Assembly: GCA_964252035.1 (NCBI GenBank)
Contig: OZ176208.1
DNA from: Podarcis erhardii
Taxonomy: Eukaryota
Strand: one strand, 5' to 3'
DNA length: 64,000 bases
Made by a program: the position numbers and the translations under genes. Of this stretch, positions 1-11,254 are shown in pieces. The number at the start of each line of letters is the position of its first letter. The first letter of the stretch is position 1. The notes beneath the pieces are model-generated. The model was given only the letters and a program-made list of their open reading frames with translations, was not told where the DNA came from and did no database searches.

Positions 1-154
1 TTCTTAACCTGAAGCACCATTTTAGCTAATGGGGCCTCCCGCTGCTGGAGCACGGTTTCTGTTCTCATCCTGAAGCAAAGTTCTTAACCCGAGGTACTAT
101 TTCTAGGTTAGCGGAGTCTGTAACCTGAAGCGTATGTAACCCAAGGTACCACAG
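1..154. mobile_element. Tigger/pogo-like MITE family 1 (partial at window start)
   Basis: Ends ...ccaaggtaccacag|ta. Same internal sequence as the other copies. Confidence 0.9.
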
Positions 155-183
155 TACTGCTGTCCTGTGTCTTATTTGGGTTC

Positions 184-595
184 TGTCAGGGAACTGACAT
201 CAGAGCGAGAAGCGGAGGCAGGGCTCCAGAGTGATGCCGGAGAGGGAATCAGCAAGGGGGAAGGAATTCAGCATGACACCAATAGAGAGGAGAGGGAGAT
301 AGAGGAATCGGTGTCAGGGCTCCGAGACCCTTCAACTGAAACTAGCGGAGAGAGCGCTGGCACGCCCCTGCCTTCCCCTTACTTGCGCAGACGCGTTCCG
401 CGCAGGGAACATAGGAGGAGACTTGGGGTCAAACAGCTTTTATGCTGGAAGAGATTCAAGAAACGCCCACTGACGGATTCTGCAAGTGACTAACAGGTCA
501 CGGAGGGCGAGCTCTAACCCTAAACATGATTGAGCAAGCAATCTAACTAATCTGAAGGCAATTTACGCACAAGTAACCCCCTCACAACCATTACA
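184..595. mobile_element. Solo LTR, family A (LTR retrotransposon, Gypsy-like), with internal ORF
   Basis: TGTCA...TTACA termini. Exact 5-bp TSD GGTTC at 179-183 and 596-600. Homologous to 3974-4427. Confidence 0.85.
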
Positions 596-1160
596 GGTTC
601 ATATACATATCCTGCCCATGGCTGCACTGAGCCTAGGCCCACAGTGGGGGCAAAGTAATGCATGGGAGCAACAGTGACGGGAAAGTTCACTTCTATGAAC
701 TTTTGTTCATGGTTGTCAAGAGCCAAGCCTTTGCTATTTAATGTTTTGGTCTGTCTTAAACCCAATGTAGAGAAATATTTGAAGATATGCTCACTGAAAC
801 CAACAGAGCACCTATTTCCCAGCATTTGTTTCTGAAGGAATCCTACAGGAGGTCTGTTTGAATAGCAGTAAGTATCTGTCACAACACAGCAAAGGAATGC
901 AGGTTCTTGAGGAGATAGGCATCATTATTTTTCTGACATTTGAATTACTTGCAATAAATCAGATGTAATAGCAAAAACTGTGGAGCTGGGAAAGCTAGTT
1001 GTATTAAAATTTGACACAACACTGTCCCTTGCTTCAGTGTTGTCCCCCAACCTGCAGAGGAAGACTAAACTGGAACTAAAAGGTGCAGAAAAAGTTTGGA
1101 GATAAAGTTCGCCTCCAGACAGTATTTTGCAGGAGGGATTCATTCACGTCCTGGAAAAGT

Positions 1161-1366
1161 TGTTGTTGTTGTTTAGTCGTTTAGTCATGGATCGCTGCCT
1201 TGTTGTGGCGTGAAGGGGCTTAAATAACTCAGAGAAGCTATGAGCTATGCCATGCAGGGCCACCCAAGATGGACAGGTCATTGTGAAGAGTTTTAACTAA
1301 ACATGATCCACCTGTAGTATGAACCAGCAAGCCACTCCCGTATCCCTGCCAAGAAAACAACACGGA
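1161..1366. mobile_element. BovB-derived chimera: inverted (CAA)n tail fused to BovB 5'-UTR-like sequence
   Basis: tgttgttgttgtttagtcgtttagtc is followed by gatcgctgccttgt...gggccacccaagatggacaggtc. 10-bp TSD CTGGAAAAGT at 1151-1160 and 1367-1376. Confidence 0.7.
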
Positions 1367-1428
1367 CTGGAAAAGTAGGTTTGCACAATTAAAGTGGATT
1401 ATAGCACACTGGAGCAATGTACCCACTT

Positions 1429-1430
<2 letters not shown>

Positions 1431-1473
<43 letters not shown>
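1431..1473. repeat. (AC)n microsatellite
   Basis: Direct reading. Confidence 0.98.
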
Positions 1474-1476
<3 letters not shown>

Positions 1477-1591
1477 CACACAGACATTTTATAGTTAAGA
1501 ATATGACACTAAAAGGTGTGAGATAAAAGATTGATTAGCGGGAAGATGTATAACCACCATGAAAACAGATCAGGGTGCACTACCCAAGGTA

Positions 1592-1803
1592 GTTACAGAC
1601 GCTTCAGGTTACAGACTCCGCTAACCCAAAAATAGTACCTTGGGTTAAGAACTTTGCTTCAGGATGAGAACAGAAATCGTGCGGTGGAGGTGCAGCGGCA
1701 GTGGGAGGCCCCATTAGCTAAAGTGGTGCTTCAGGTTAAGAACAGTTTCAGGTTAAGAACAGACCTCCAGAACGAATTAAGTTCTTAACCTGAGGTACCA
1801 CTG
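1592..1803. mobile_element. Tigger/pogo-like MITE family 1 (one end damaged)
   Basis: Ends gaggtaccactg|ta. Internal ctaaagtggtgcttcaggttaagaacagtttcaggttaagaac. Confidence 0.9.
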
Positions 1804-2322
1804 TACTCAATAAGCAGGTCATCTGGAGTAGCCCAAAGTTGTAAGAAAGAACAATATGTGAGACTATAGAGCAGGTTTACTGTTCACATTGCATGGAAGT
1901 TCAGGTTGCACCTTAACTTTCAGTTTCCTTGGGTACATGAATGAATATGTAAGCTCCTTAACTCATTCTTTAAACCTAGGTATTTTTGTTCCCAGGGAAT
2001 ATTTCTTCACACAGATGGGAAACAACTGGTTAGTCACTCCTAGTCTAGAAATGTATATGCACAGGAACACTGAAAGTTGCCTTGTGCTGAGTCGGACCAT
2101 AGGTCAATCTCAGTATTGTCCTCAATAACTGGCAGCAGCTCTGCAGGTTTTCAGATACGATTGTGGGTGCTGCCACACTAAAAGGCTGGGATGAGTGTTA
2201 TGTGGCACCTGTAATTGTGCCAGTTCTGCAGATTGGAGCGGTCGAGTGGACTTATATAGGGTAAGGCAGTTTTACAGGTAAACTGTTTCCAAACTGTTAT
2301 GGGCATGATACTGTATACTAAT

Positions 2323-2616
2323 TGTTAAGTTGTGGGCGATCATATCAGATGACACAATGATTCTTCAAACAGCTCTTGTTTATTCAAAGGCCAGAACAGA
2401 ACTGAACTGAGGAGCTCAGTCAGCCTGCTTATATAGAGCTCCAGAACAACGTAACTGTTGCAACTTTCTAAAACTATCCATTCACTGAACGTCACTTTCG
2501 ATCCTTCATTTGCATACAAACTATCCAATCACTGAACGTCACTTTCGATCCTTCATTTGCATAACTATCTACAGTATCCCCCTGCTGGCCCAGGGTGAGA
2601 ACTTCAGTACATAACA
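2323..2616 (-). mobile_element. Solo LTR, family B
   Basis: TGTTA...TAACA termini. Exact 5-bp TSD CTAAT at 2318-2322 and 2617-2621. The minus strand has TATA-like CTATATAAG and AATAAA. Internal 47-bp tandem duplication. Confidence 0.85.
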
Positions 2617-3973
2617 CTAATAGTAATACCTTGATCTTGGCCCAGTAGCAAACAGGCAACCAGTACAGAATGATTGGGAAAGGTGTTATATGCTGACATG
2701 GTCTCTTTTACATTGATTATATTATATTATATGGGACAGGTGGCAACCCTAACTCCTGCCGGCAACTGTGCTGCAGCATTCTCCAGCTTCCTGGTCAATC
2801 ACAAGGAAACAGTGGAGGTGCTGAAAGCAGTAATAACCCCCCATCACTCGTCATGAAGTTCTGAGAGTGTATCGTCTGATTTGGCAATTCCATTAACTTT
2901 TCAGGCTCAAAAGAACAAATGTTATAAAATGTCAGAGCTATCACTGCTTTTTTTGCCACTAAAGTTAACTGGCACTCTATTGAATGCTGTTAACTTTATA
3001 TTTCTTTAATGCTTCATCCTTCTCTGCAGTGATGTAAAGGTAGTATCAGGTGCCATTTTGAGAGGGTATCTTCAAAAAATACATAATCCTGTTCAGTAAC
3101 ATTGTTTTCTCTTCCGCACCCCTCTTTTTGCTTTTAACCACTTTATCACAACAGGCATCGCTAAGTTGTCAGTTTTATTTGCTTAGGGATGGGTGACACA
3201 TATAAGTAAATACAGTACTGTAGCTGTATGAGTGTCTAAACACATAGACTTTTATTTTTGTGCTTTCACAGAATAGTATTAATTTATTGGATTTTTTTTA
3301 AAAAAATGCTTCAGTTAGAATAATAAGCTTGCGTCCTACATTTTTGCTCTAAAGCAAACATTGTGTTTATAGGGCATCCTCCCTTGGCACTACTGAAGCA
3401 GGGGTTCAGAATGCTAGTTGGAAACTCATAGATGTTCCTTCCCACATAAATCTTTAGTAAAAGGGGGGAAATTTATGATCTGAAGAAAAAGAGTATTGTT
3501 TATACGTTTTTTTAAAAGTAGAGTTGGCAACAGAAACCACCATGCTCTATTAGAAATAACTTATATGCTTGGTGTTTCAGTCCTTCACATAACATAAATA
3601 TTGAATCTCCAAATATATTTAAATTGATACATTTATTTAAAAAACAGGATGCCAGCATGTCAAGTCCTGAAATTAATATTTGTGAATTACTAACTTAAAC
3701 CAATCACTGTGTAAAAAAATTATCGAAAGCACTACTAATTTAGCACATAATGTTGCATTGTGTGTTTACTAGTTCTTTTTACCCTGGTTTGCACATCACA
3801 CTAAACCAAACAATTGCTTACCATGAACGCATGACAGTGTAGCCTCTGGGAGAGGAGATTGCAACCACTTCATGCCTTCCTCGTTGGTGCACTGCACTAA
3901 GCCATGGTTTGATTCACCGTGTCATCAGAGTCCAAGCTTCTTCTTTTTTTATGCTCTCCCAGATAAACTCATG

Positions 3974-4427
3974 TGTCAGGGAACTGCCATCAGTACTGGA
4001 GGGGGAGCGCAAAAGCCAGAGGGATTCCAGAGAGCGTCCAGGGATCGGGAGGAGCAGCCCATCTTCTGGGGAAGAGAATCAGCGTAGCACCAGTGGAGAA
4101 GGGGGGCAGGTGGGGGAAGTGGCGAGGCGGTCCCATGACTCCTTGCCTGGGACCAGCGGGGAGAGTAGGGGTCCTCCGTTGCCCACGCCCTCTCTGCGCA
4201 GAAGGCTTTCACGCAGAGAGGGTAGGCAGAGACTAGGCGTCAAAGAACTTCTTTGCTGGAAGAAGTTTAAGAAACGCCCACTCACGGATTCTGCCAGCGA
4301 TTGAGTCAGCCACGGGTGAGTGGCTGTCCGGACAGAAGAGGTTCACTTTGGCAGCCCAGCCAGGTGTTTGCACCCAGCCAGGGAGTTAGGCACCTGCTTA
4401 CGCATGAGCAACCCTAGAACCATTACA
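3974..4427. mobile_element. Solo LTR, family A, second diverged copy
   Basis: TGTCAGGGAACTG...ACCATTACA termini. Exact 5-bp TSD TCATG at 3969-3973 and 4428-4432. Confidence 0.85.
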
Positions 4428-5242
4428 TCATGGTTAGTATAGAAAGAGATAAACCACATGAACCTGGGTTTGGATGATATGATAAACCAAACTGGCTTAG
4501 CTCACCACGACAGAGCAAATTTTTTTACTTTCTTTCTTTTTCTTTTCTTTTTTTTACAATAAAGTGGTAATCAATTACATTATGAATATTGAAGCTCAGA
4601 CAAAAATATAGCTATCAAATCAACATTTAGCATATACAATAATTCAAGTAGAATTTAAAACTAACCACCTCTAAACAAGTGTTTACAGGCCACTGTAAAA
4701 CCATTGTATTTTACCATTGTATTTTGCAGACTACTATTCTGGCAGTGTCTATCCTGGGAAGAAGTGACCTGCCTTCTTGTTGTTTTTGTTGTTTATTTTG
4801 TATGTGCTTTATTTTACACTGCATGCTACCCAGGGAACTATTGTTTTAGGGTAGCTTTTAAATCAAAGAAATAAACAAATTATAAAGTGCCTACAATTTT
4901 GGAAGTTCTGTAGAGATACTGAAGGATAAATCAGTACTTACTTGCAGGCTCACAATCTAATTATATGACACAAAAGGTGGCAACCGGGGGGGTGGGGGTG
5001 GAGTCTTTTCAGCAGTGGCAGAGGCCCAAGAGGCGCAACTGGCACTTACTTTGCTATCCCATTTTGTGTGCCAGGCAAAGACCTTTTTGTTCTGCCAGCG
5101 CCTTTTAAGCTCTGGCCTAGAACCATTCTAATCTGTTCTTCTTTCATTTCTGATTTTGTATTGTGTGTGTTGTTTCTCTTCTGCTCCGTACTGCCCTGGG
5201 AACCAACTGCTTGAAGCAGACGAAATCATAAATAAAATGCAT

Positions 5243-5266
5243 TAATTAATTAATTAATTAATTAAT
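5243..5266. repeat. (TTAA)n tract, probably the tail of an old L2-type fragment (about 5150-5240)
   Basis: attaattaattaattaattaat after a T/G-rich L2-like 3' end. Confidence 0.8.
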
Positions 5267-5310
5267 GCTAAATGTTAAGGGAAAAGGGCAATTAAAACTG
5301 TTGACACTAC

Positions 5311-5560
5311 TAGTCAAAACAAAACAAATTCCTTCCAGTAGCACCTTAAAGACCAACTAAGTCAGTTCTTGGTATGAGCTTTCGTGTGCATGCACACTTC
5401 TTCAGATACATATCTTCTTCAGATATGTGTGTATCTGAAGAAGTGTGCATGCACACGAAAGCTCATACCAAGAACTGACTTAGTTGGTCTTTAAGGTGCT
5501 ACTGGAAGGAATTTGTTTTGTTTTGACTATGGCAGACCAACACGGCTACCTATCTGTAAC
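5311..5560. mobile_element. Penelope-like element end with perfect 100-bp inverted repeat
   Basis: Arms 5311-5410 and 5430-5529 are exact reverse complements and contain ttagttggtctttaaggtgctactgg (Penelope terminal motif). Flanking direct repeat TGACACTACTAGT at 5302-5314 and 5561-5573. Confidence 0.8.
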
Positions 5561-6624
5561 TGACACTACTAGTGTTAGCAGATGTAAAGAATCTGTGGCC
5601 CTTCAAGGTGAGAATCAACCCCTGCTCCCATCAATCCCAGACAGCTTAATGCAATGGGGAGGGGTTGTAGTCCAACAGCATCTTCAGGGCAACAGGTGGC
5701 CCACGTCTGCTGCAGCGTCACTTGAAAAAGCACCCAGTTTGACTTTTATTGTATCTGTTCAATACATGTAAGAGGAAAAAAATATCTGGGATGAGACATC
5801 CTCAGAAATGACAATTGTCTCTAGAAAAGGATAGTTGTGAAAAACTTCTTTTCTGGAAAAATATTCTGTTCCAAAGCACTGGATACTTAATGATGATAGC
5901 TAAATGGACTCCAGTCCTGCTGGCTGTGAAGGGCTTTTGCCTTCATGGTTTCCTTGTGGACCTTCAATCTGATCCTGAAGGGTCTTCTTGTTCTCTTAAC
6001 GTGTTCACCAGCTAGCATTGTAACTCTGTATTGCAGAATATACTTGGAACTCTATGGCTTACTTAAGCACATTTGGGAGAGACTGAGGGTAACCAGAGCC
6101 CAGTTGAGGCCTGATTAATCTGCCTGCCAAACTAATTATTGTATTTATTTATGTTTATTTCTAACAGGTGATTTCCCAGTCTGTTGCTTTTCTGTTGAAA
6201 AGATTGACTCAAGCCCGATTCAATGTTCCACAGGTGCTCAGAATTCTCAATAAGTGTCTTAACTATTGTTTTCTACGTCAATGTAAAATTTTATTATACA
6301 GTCAGATAAGAAAAAGACCACACCAAAATCATACCACTCTTAACATAAAATGAGTCAAATGTATAACACACATATAAAATAAGAATAGAAATAAAAATGA
6401 ATCAAAGTGCATCTTAAACTAACAGAATCCCTTTATGAATCTTTGCTGCAGAAAAATCTGGGGCTTTTCATTTCCATTATGAGCCAATGACTCAGTCAAA
6501 ATATCTAGAAAGGGCTTTGAAAGACAGGAATAAGTAATCTAATATGTTCATATCTTTAAAAGTTGCATGCAGACAACAAATGTATTTAAGCATCAACAGT
6601 TAGGTTATTCAAATAAAGCCAATA

Positions 6625-6855
6625 CAGTGGTACCTTGGGTTACAGATGCTTCAGGTTACAGACGCTTCAGGTTACAGACACCGCTAACCCAGAAATATTA
6701 CCTTAGGTTAAGAACTTTGCTTCAGGATGAGAACAGAAATCGCATGGCGGCAGTGGGAGGCCCAATTAGCTAAAGTGGTGCTTCAGGTTAAGAACAGTTT
6801 CAGGTTAAGAACGGACCTCCAGAACGAATTAAGTTCTTTACCCGAAGTACCACTG
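6625..6855. mobile_element. Tigger/pogo-like MITE family 1
   Basis: ta|cagtggtacc...gtaccactg|ta TIRs with TA TSD. Confidence 0.95.
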
Positions 6856-6959
6856 TAGATGAATTGGAGAGCAACCAAATTGGTTGAAGGTTATATTTAT
6901 TAAAATTAACCCCCCTTTCAGCTTTCTCATATTGCTTCCAATATATCACCAAACTGTTA

Positions 6960-7460
6960 ATGAGGGACTTTTTCCCATCTCTGGTGGGATGGTTTATTCT
7001 GGAATGAAGTTTATCGGGAGATATTGACAATTATTAAAACACATATTCAAATATCTCCCTTGTTATCCCTGCTAAATATGTTGATTGATACTATCAAGAC
7101 ATTCTACCAAAAGGAACTTTTGACATGGGTGCTACCAGTTGCCAGGTTCTCTATAGCACAACAGTGGAAAGCATTAAAAAAATCTGACCATAACCTTATG
7201 GTACAAAAACCTCTGGAATTTTGATATTGCAGGGGAAAAAATAAGTTGTGTCTCTAAGGGGCAGGAAAATCCTGATCATTTCTACTCAGTATGGTGGGAT
7301 TTTATGTGCTGTGTAGAGAAACATGGTTGCCATGATTTTAGATTAGGTGTTATTATTCAGTATGGTTTGGTTTCGTGTGCCCTGCCTCTAGTTGGATATA
7401 TTATTGAATTTCTGTTATTGTTCATTTGTCTCTGTGGCTCCATAATAATTTGAAAAATAA
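6960..7460 (+). mobile_element. Degraded L1 ORF2 C-terminus and 3' end
   Basis: The frame reads GTFSHLWWD..FWNEVYREI...LLSLLNML...ARFSIAQQWK, typical of the vertebrate L1 ORF2 C-terminal region. Confidence 0.7.
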
Positions 7461-8313
7461 TGAAAAAACACACACACAAGGACGACTTGTGCCAAATGAA
7501 ACAGAACTGTGGGCTGGTTAACCCTGTGCTAGAAGGCAGAGAATCTGCCTGTTGCTAAGGGCTAAACCATGCCTGAGCAACTGTCTCACCCAGGCTGTTG
7601 TGAAAGGAGGTAAAACCATCTTCTTATAAAAGGAAGCCATAGGTGTGTAGCCTGACAAGTGCCACCCCACCCCCTCTGATCAGCATTCACCAGGTGGGAC
7701 CTGCCAGGCCCCAAGAGCACCATAACAATCAACCCCACCCAATAGGGTGTGGTTAGTCAGATGTTCTTCACCCAACATGCCTTAGGGTGTTAACCATTAT
7801 CTAAACTTCTCACCTGCCCGTTTTAAATGCCAAATAAACTAAACAGCCAAATTTACATCTATCATACCATTAGCTGAACAAATTCAGAGCAGTGTGAAGT
7901 AGACTCTGAGTAGACTCTGCATATCTGGGACTGCCCTGAAATCAACTACTGGTTGTATTAAGGATTAACCAGCCTGTTCTCATTATGTCACAGTTTTGCA
8001 TGCAGTGTCATAAGTCTGTCCTGTCCTTTGCTTTATGAACTTCTTTTTTATTAAAAAAACCCCAGAAAAAATCTCATCTAAATTGTACAAATTTATATGC
8101 ATTCTCCCCCTAAAATACACATTTTTGTATGCTTTTCCATGCATTTTGCCCTAAGATATTCATTTTTGCACACTTTTTGACATTGAAACTGCATTGCAAC
8201 ATGTGGAGAAGTGCAAAATCCAGTTGATAACTATCTGCCAATGGGCATATAAATCTAGAACGGGCAAATTAGGTTGGTTTGCTTTAAAAGGCAGACTGAA
8301 CAACTCCTCAGAC

Positions 8314-8827
8314 TAGTAGTTTTCAACCAGTATGCCGTGGCACCCTGGGGTGCCTTGAATGATGATCAGGGGTGCTGTGGGCAACACTGGCCTCTGTCCC
8401 TCTTTCCTTCCCTCCCTCCCTCTGATGCCCTCTCGCATCTCTGTCTCCCAAAGGCTTGCACAGCTGTTTGTTGCGGCAGCCTTGACTACAAGCTCCCCAG
8501 GCGAATGGTGCCTCTGGGGCTGGCCAAGGGGTGCTTCCTTGGCCCCCGTGGGACAGTGTGAGGAGGAACCTGCATTTGGGGCAGGGTGGGGGCAGCTCAG
8601 AGACCAGGGGCAGCAGCTGCAGCTGCCCAGAAGACTCCCAAGGAGAGGGGAACAGAGAGAAGGCTGAGGGAACACTCCAAAAGGGAGGGTGCTTGAAAAA
8701 AGGTGAGGGGCTGCTGGCTTTGCAAGCAAGGGGTGTCATAACTGGGCTCCTGAGCCCCACAGGGATGCTGCAGAAAGAATGTAGTTGGTCAAGGGAGCTG
8801 GGGACCCAAAAAGGTTGGAAACCTCTG
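8314..8827. mobile_element. hAT (Charlie-like) non-autonomous element
   Basis: TIR-like tagtagttttcaacc / ggttggaaacctctg. 8-bp TSD CCTCAGAC (8306-8313) and CCTTAGAC (8828-8835). Confidence 0.8.
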
Positions 8828-9744
8828 CCTTAGACTGTACTTAGATTAATGTGTGTATCTTCTTCTGAGTTGGCCTGAAGCTGATCTGTTAGTAGTTCTA
8901 ATTAAAATAATCCAAGAAACCATTCAATTTATGTAATTCTTAAGACTGTGCAAATGCATATTGAAAGGAGGGCAAAATACTCATGTTTAATTCTTACGCT
9001 TCTGTGATGAATATTTTTCTTAAACCACACAAAGTAAGTAGCTTCAGAAAGTATATGCAAATAAGATAACGCTCTTCCTTGTCATGGTTGCTTTTTTCAT
9101 TAATGTCTTTTTTTTTACATTATGTATCTGTTGAATTAAAATATTTATATGATCAAAGAGTAAATTTTGAGGTTGAAATTTACTTTGCGTCTCTCATTTC
9201 ACCTGTTCCTTCGACCATATTTTTCAACAGCTCTGCTTCATTGGGATATTATTTTTAAAGAGCTATTTCTTTCTCTTCCCTGTTGGAAGGCTAACCTCCC
9301 TTCACAATCAGTGACATGTTAAAAAGGGAGTGCTTTTTAAAAAAAATCTGACTTGTTCTGCCCTGCTTTCCAAAAAAGAATGCTTTCAGCAGCCAGACTG
9401 ATTGCCGATTGGCATGCTACAGAGCTGCAGTTCAGAGCAACAGGGAACCTTCTTGCTACACAACACAAGGAATAAAGTTAGTATTAACCTTGTGTATGCC
9501 AAATGGAGCAAGCAAGATGGGAGTTAGGCTGCAGATAGCTGGTGATTTTTAGTATTGTTTTCAGTAGAGGAAGTTGCTCTACTGTGCAATGGCAGAGAGC
9601 CTTTTAGAGCTGTAGTGTGGCAGGAGAGGATGGCAAGTGTGGTGGTGAGATTCAAGGGCAATCAAAGAAATATTTAAACATTTCAGTGCAGTACAGTATT
9701 TTTTGGGCATCTGTATGTGTGGAGAGACAATGGAGTGTGCCTCC

Positions 9745-10250
9745 TAAGTGCTCCTAGTTAGCAGCACCAAAGTTACCTCCTTGGGGGAACAAGCCTGGGC
9801 AGGGTTTATGGAGGTCCTGGGCTGCCCAGATGACAAGACCCTCTCCCTCTGCCTCGCTGGTGTGGTCCAAAGGAAAGCACAGCAATATATTTGGTACCAG
9901 AAGGAGTTGCCAGAAGGAGTTGCACAAGGTGCCATCCAACCATTTTAGGGAATCCACTCCAGATTTTTGTAGGGCGTACTACTTAGACTTTTCTTCTGAA
10001 GAAATTCTGCAATGCAGTGAAGGTTTAGGGTGAGAATTTTCCTTCTCCTTGATGGGATACCTTCCCATGTTGATGAGCCCCATCTGCCCTTCACTTCTCT
10101 CTACAGTATATGCAGAAACAGGCTTCTCGTCCATTGGACCCACTATTGGTCTCAAATGCTCAATCCGCCAGAGCCTATCTTCACATGCAGTGGAAGTCCC
10201 TAACTCAGTGTTAGAAACTGAGATATGAAAACTAGGAGCTAAATGGCACC
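9745..10250 (-). mobile_element. RTE-clade LINE 5'-UTR-derived fragment
   Basis: Contains ttttccttctccttgatgggataccttccc...gagccccatctgccct, whose reverse complement resembles the RTE 5'-UTR motif (GG.AAGG..CCCATC.AGGAGAAGGAAAA). Recognised from memory. Confidence 0.5.
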
Positions 10251-10553
10251 TTAAACTGTGATACAATATGAGAGGACACTTTCTATTGTGGACCGGTTGA
10301 AGGAGGTCATCAATTGTTTTTTAACATTGTTCTTTCGCAAGGCCCAGAGGAAATGGAGTCTCTGTTGGGCCTTCCTAACCACCTGAGTTATATTGTTTTT
10401 CCAAGTGAGGTCTTCACTAAGGTAAACTCCCAGGAATTTAAAGGAAGAGACACTCTCCACACAACGCCCCATGATACACAACGTGGCTGGTTCCTCTCTC
10501 TTCCTCCAAAAGTCCAACACTATCTCCTTTGTCTTACTAATATTTAGGTGCAA
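10251..10553 (-). mobile_element. Rex1/Babar LINE reverse-transcriptase fragment
   Basis: KTKEIVLDF...VESVSSFKFLGVYLSEDLTW..NITQVVRKAQQRLHFL..LRK...STIESVLSYCITV is a Rex1-clade RT C-terminal motif set. Confidence 0.85.
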
Positions 10554-11254
10554 GTTATTCTCTAGTGCTGAAGAAGACTCATCTATAATTACATTTTAGG
10601 AATGATTCGTGTTCTTATGTAGCTGCGTTGTTTTATTCTTTCTCATGGCTCATGATCATATTATAAAGTAGTTTGTTCTATGTTATTAATCAAGCACTGC
10701 TAGAAGTTGTTTTTTGTTTTCCCATGTATTTCTTATGAGTTAAAAAAAAATGGTGTGGCACGAGCAAATTTTTATTCTGAAAGTGTGAGAACTGCTCCTT
10801 TACAGGAAGATGAAGTCGCGTAAGGGGACAGGGGCTAGTTACAAGCAATAGTGGGAACTGGGCATGAAGTGGCTGCAATGAATGGTTATCTCCAGTCATG
10901 AAGTGCACAGCTGTACTGTGTATCTGTCATGCCACAGAGAGCAAAGCAGTCCAGCAATGAAGAACCCACTGTCTGCTTTTGCATTTGTTTTTTTTACATG
11001 CATCTCTCTCAGTCATCTCATAGAATTAACAAGAGGACCTTATGTACTATGCTCTTCCATGATTCCATCCACACTGTCCTCTAAAATGATGCTTATCCCC
11101 AAAGTATGTCTTGTCATTCTCCTCTTGATAAGAAGCCTGATGCAATGTCACCTGCTGCTTGTGCAGTATATGGGTTTCCATATAAACAACTATTTTCCCC
11201 CTTAGTAGAGTCTTGCTCTAAACTTGCCTTTTGTAATCTGGCAAGTTGGTTGTG

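Noticed and set aside
167-493. ORF as a host gene (also 3909-4304)
   Set aside because: It lies within TSD-flanked solo LTRs, and the starts are non-ATG codons in flanking DNA. Treated as an element-encoded fragment (see findings).
2472-2566. Repeat-spacer (CRISPR-like) appearance of tandem repeats here and at 26440-26535
   Set aside because: No unique spacers, vertebrate context, and both repeats lie inside identified transposable elements.
8274-8833. Cluster of overlapping 95-145 aa ORFs
   Set aside because: GC-rich interior of a hAT element with an 8-bp TSD and no protein similarity.
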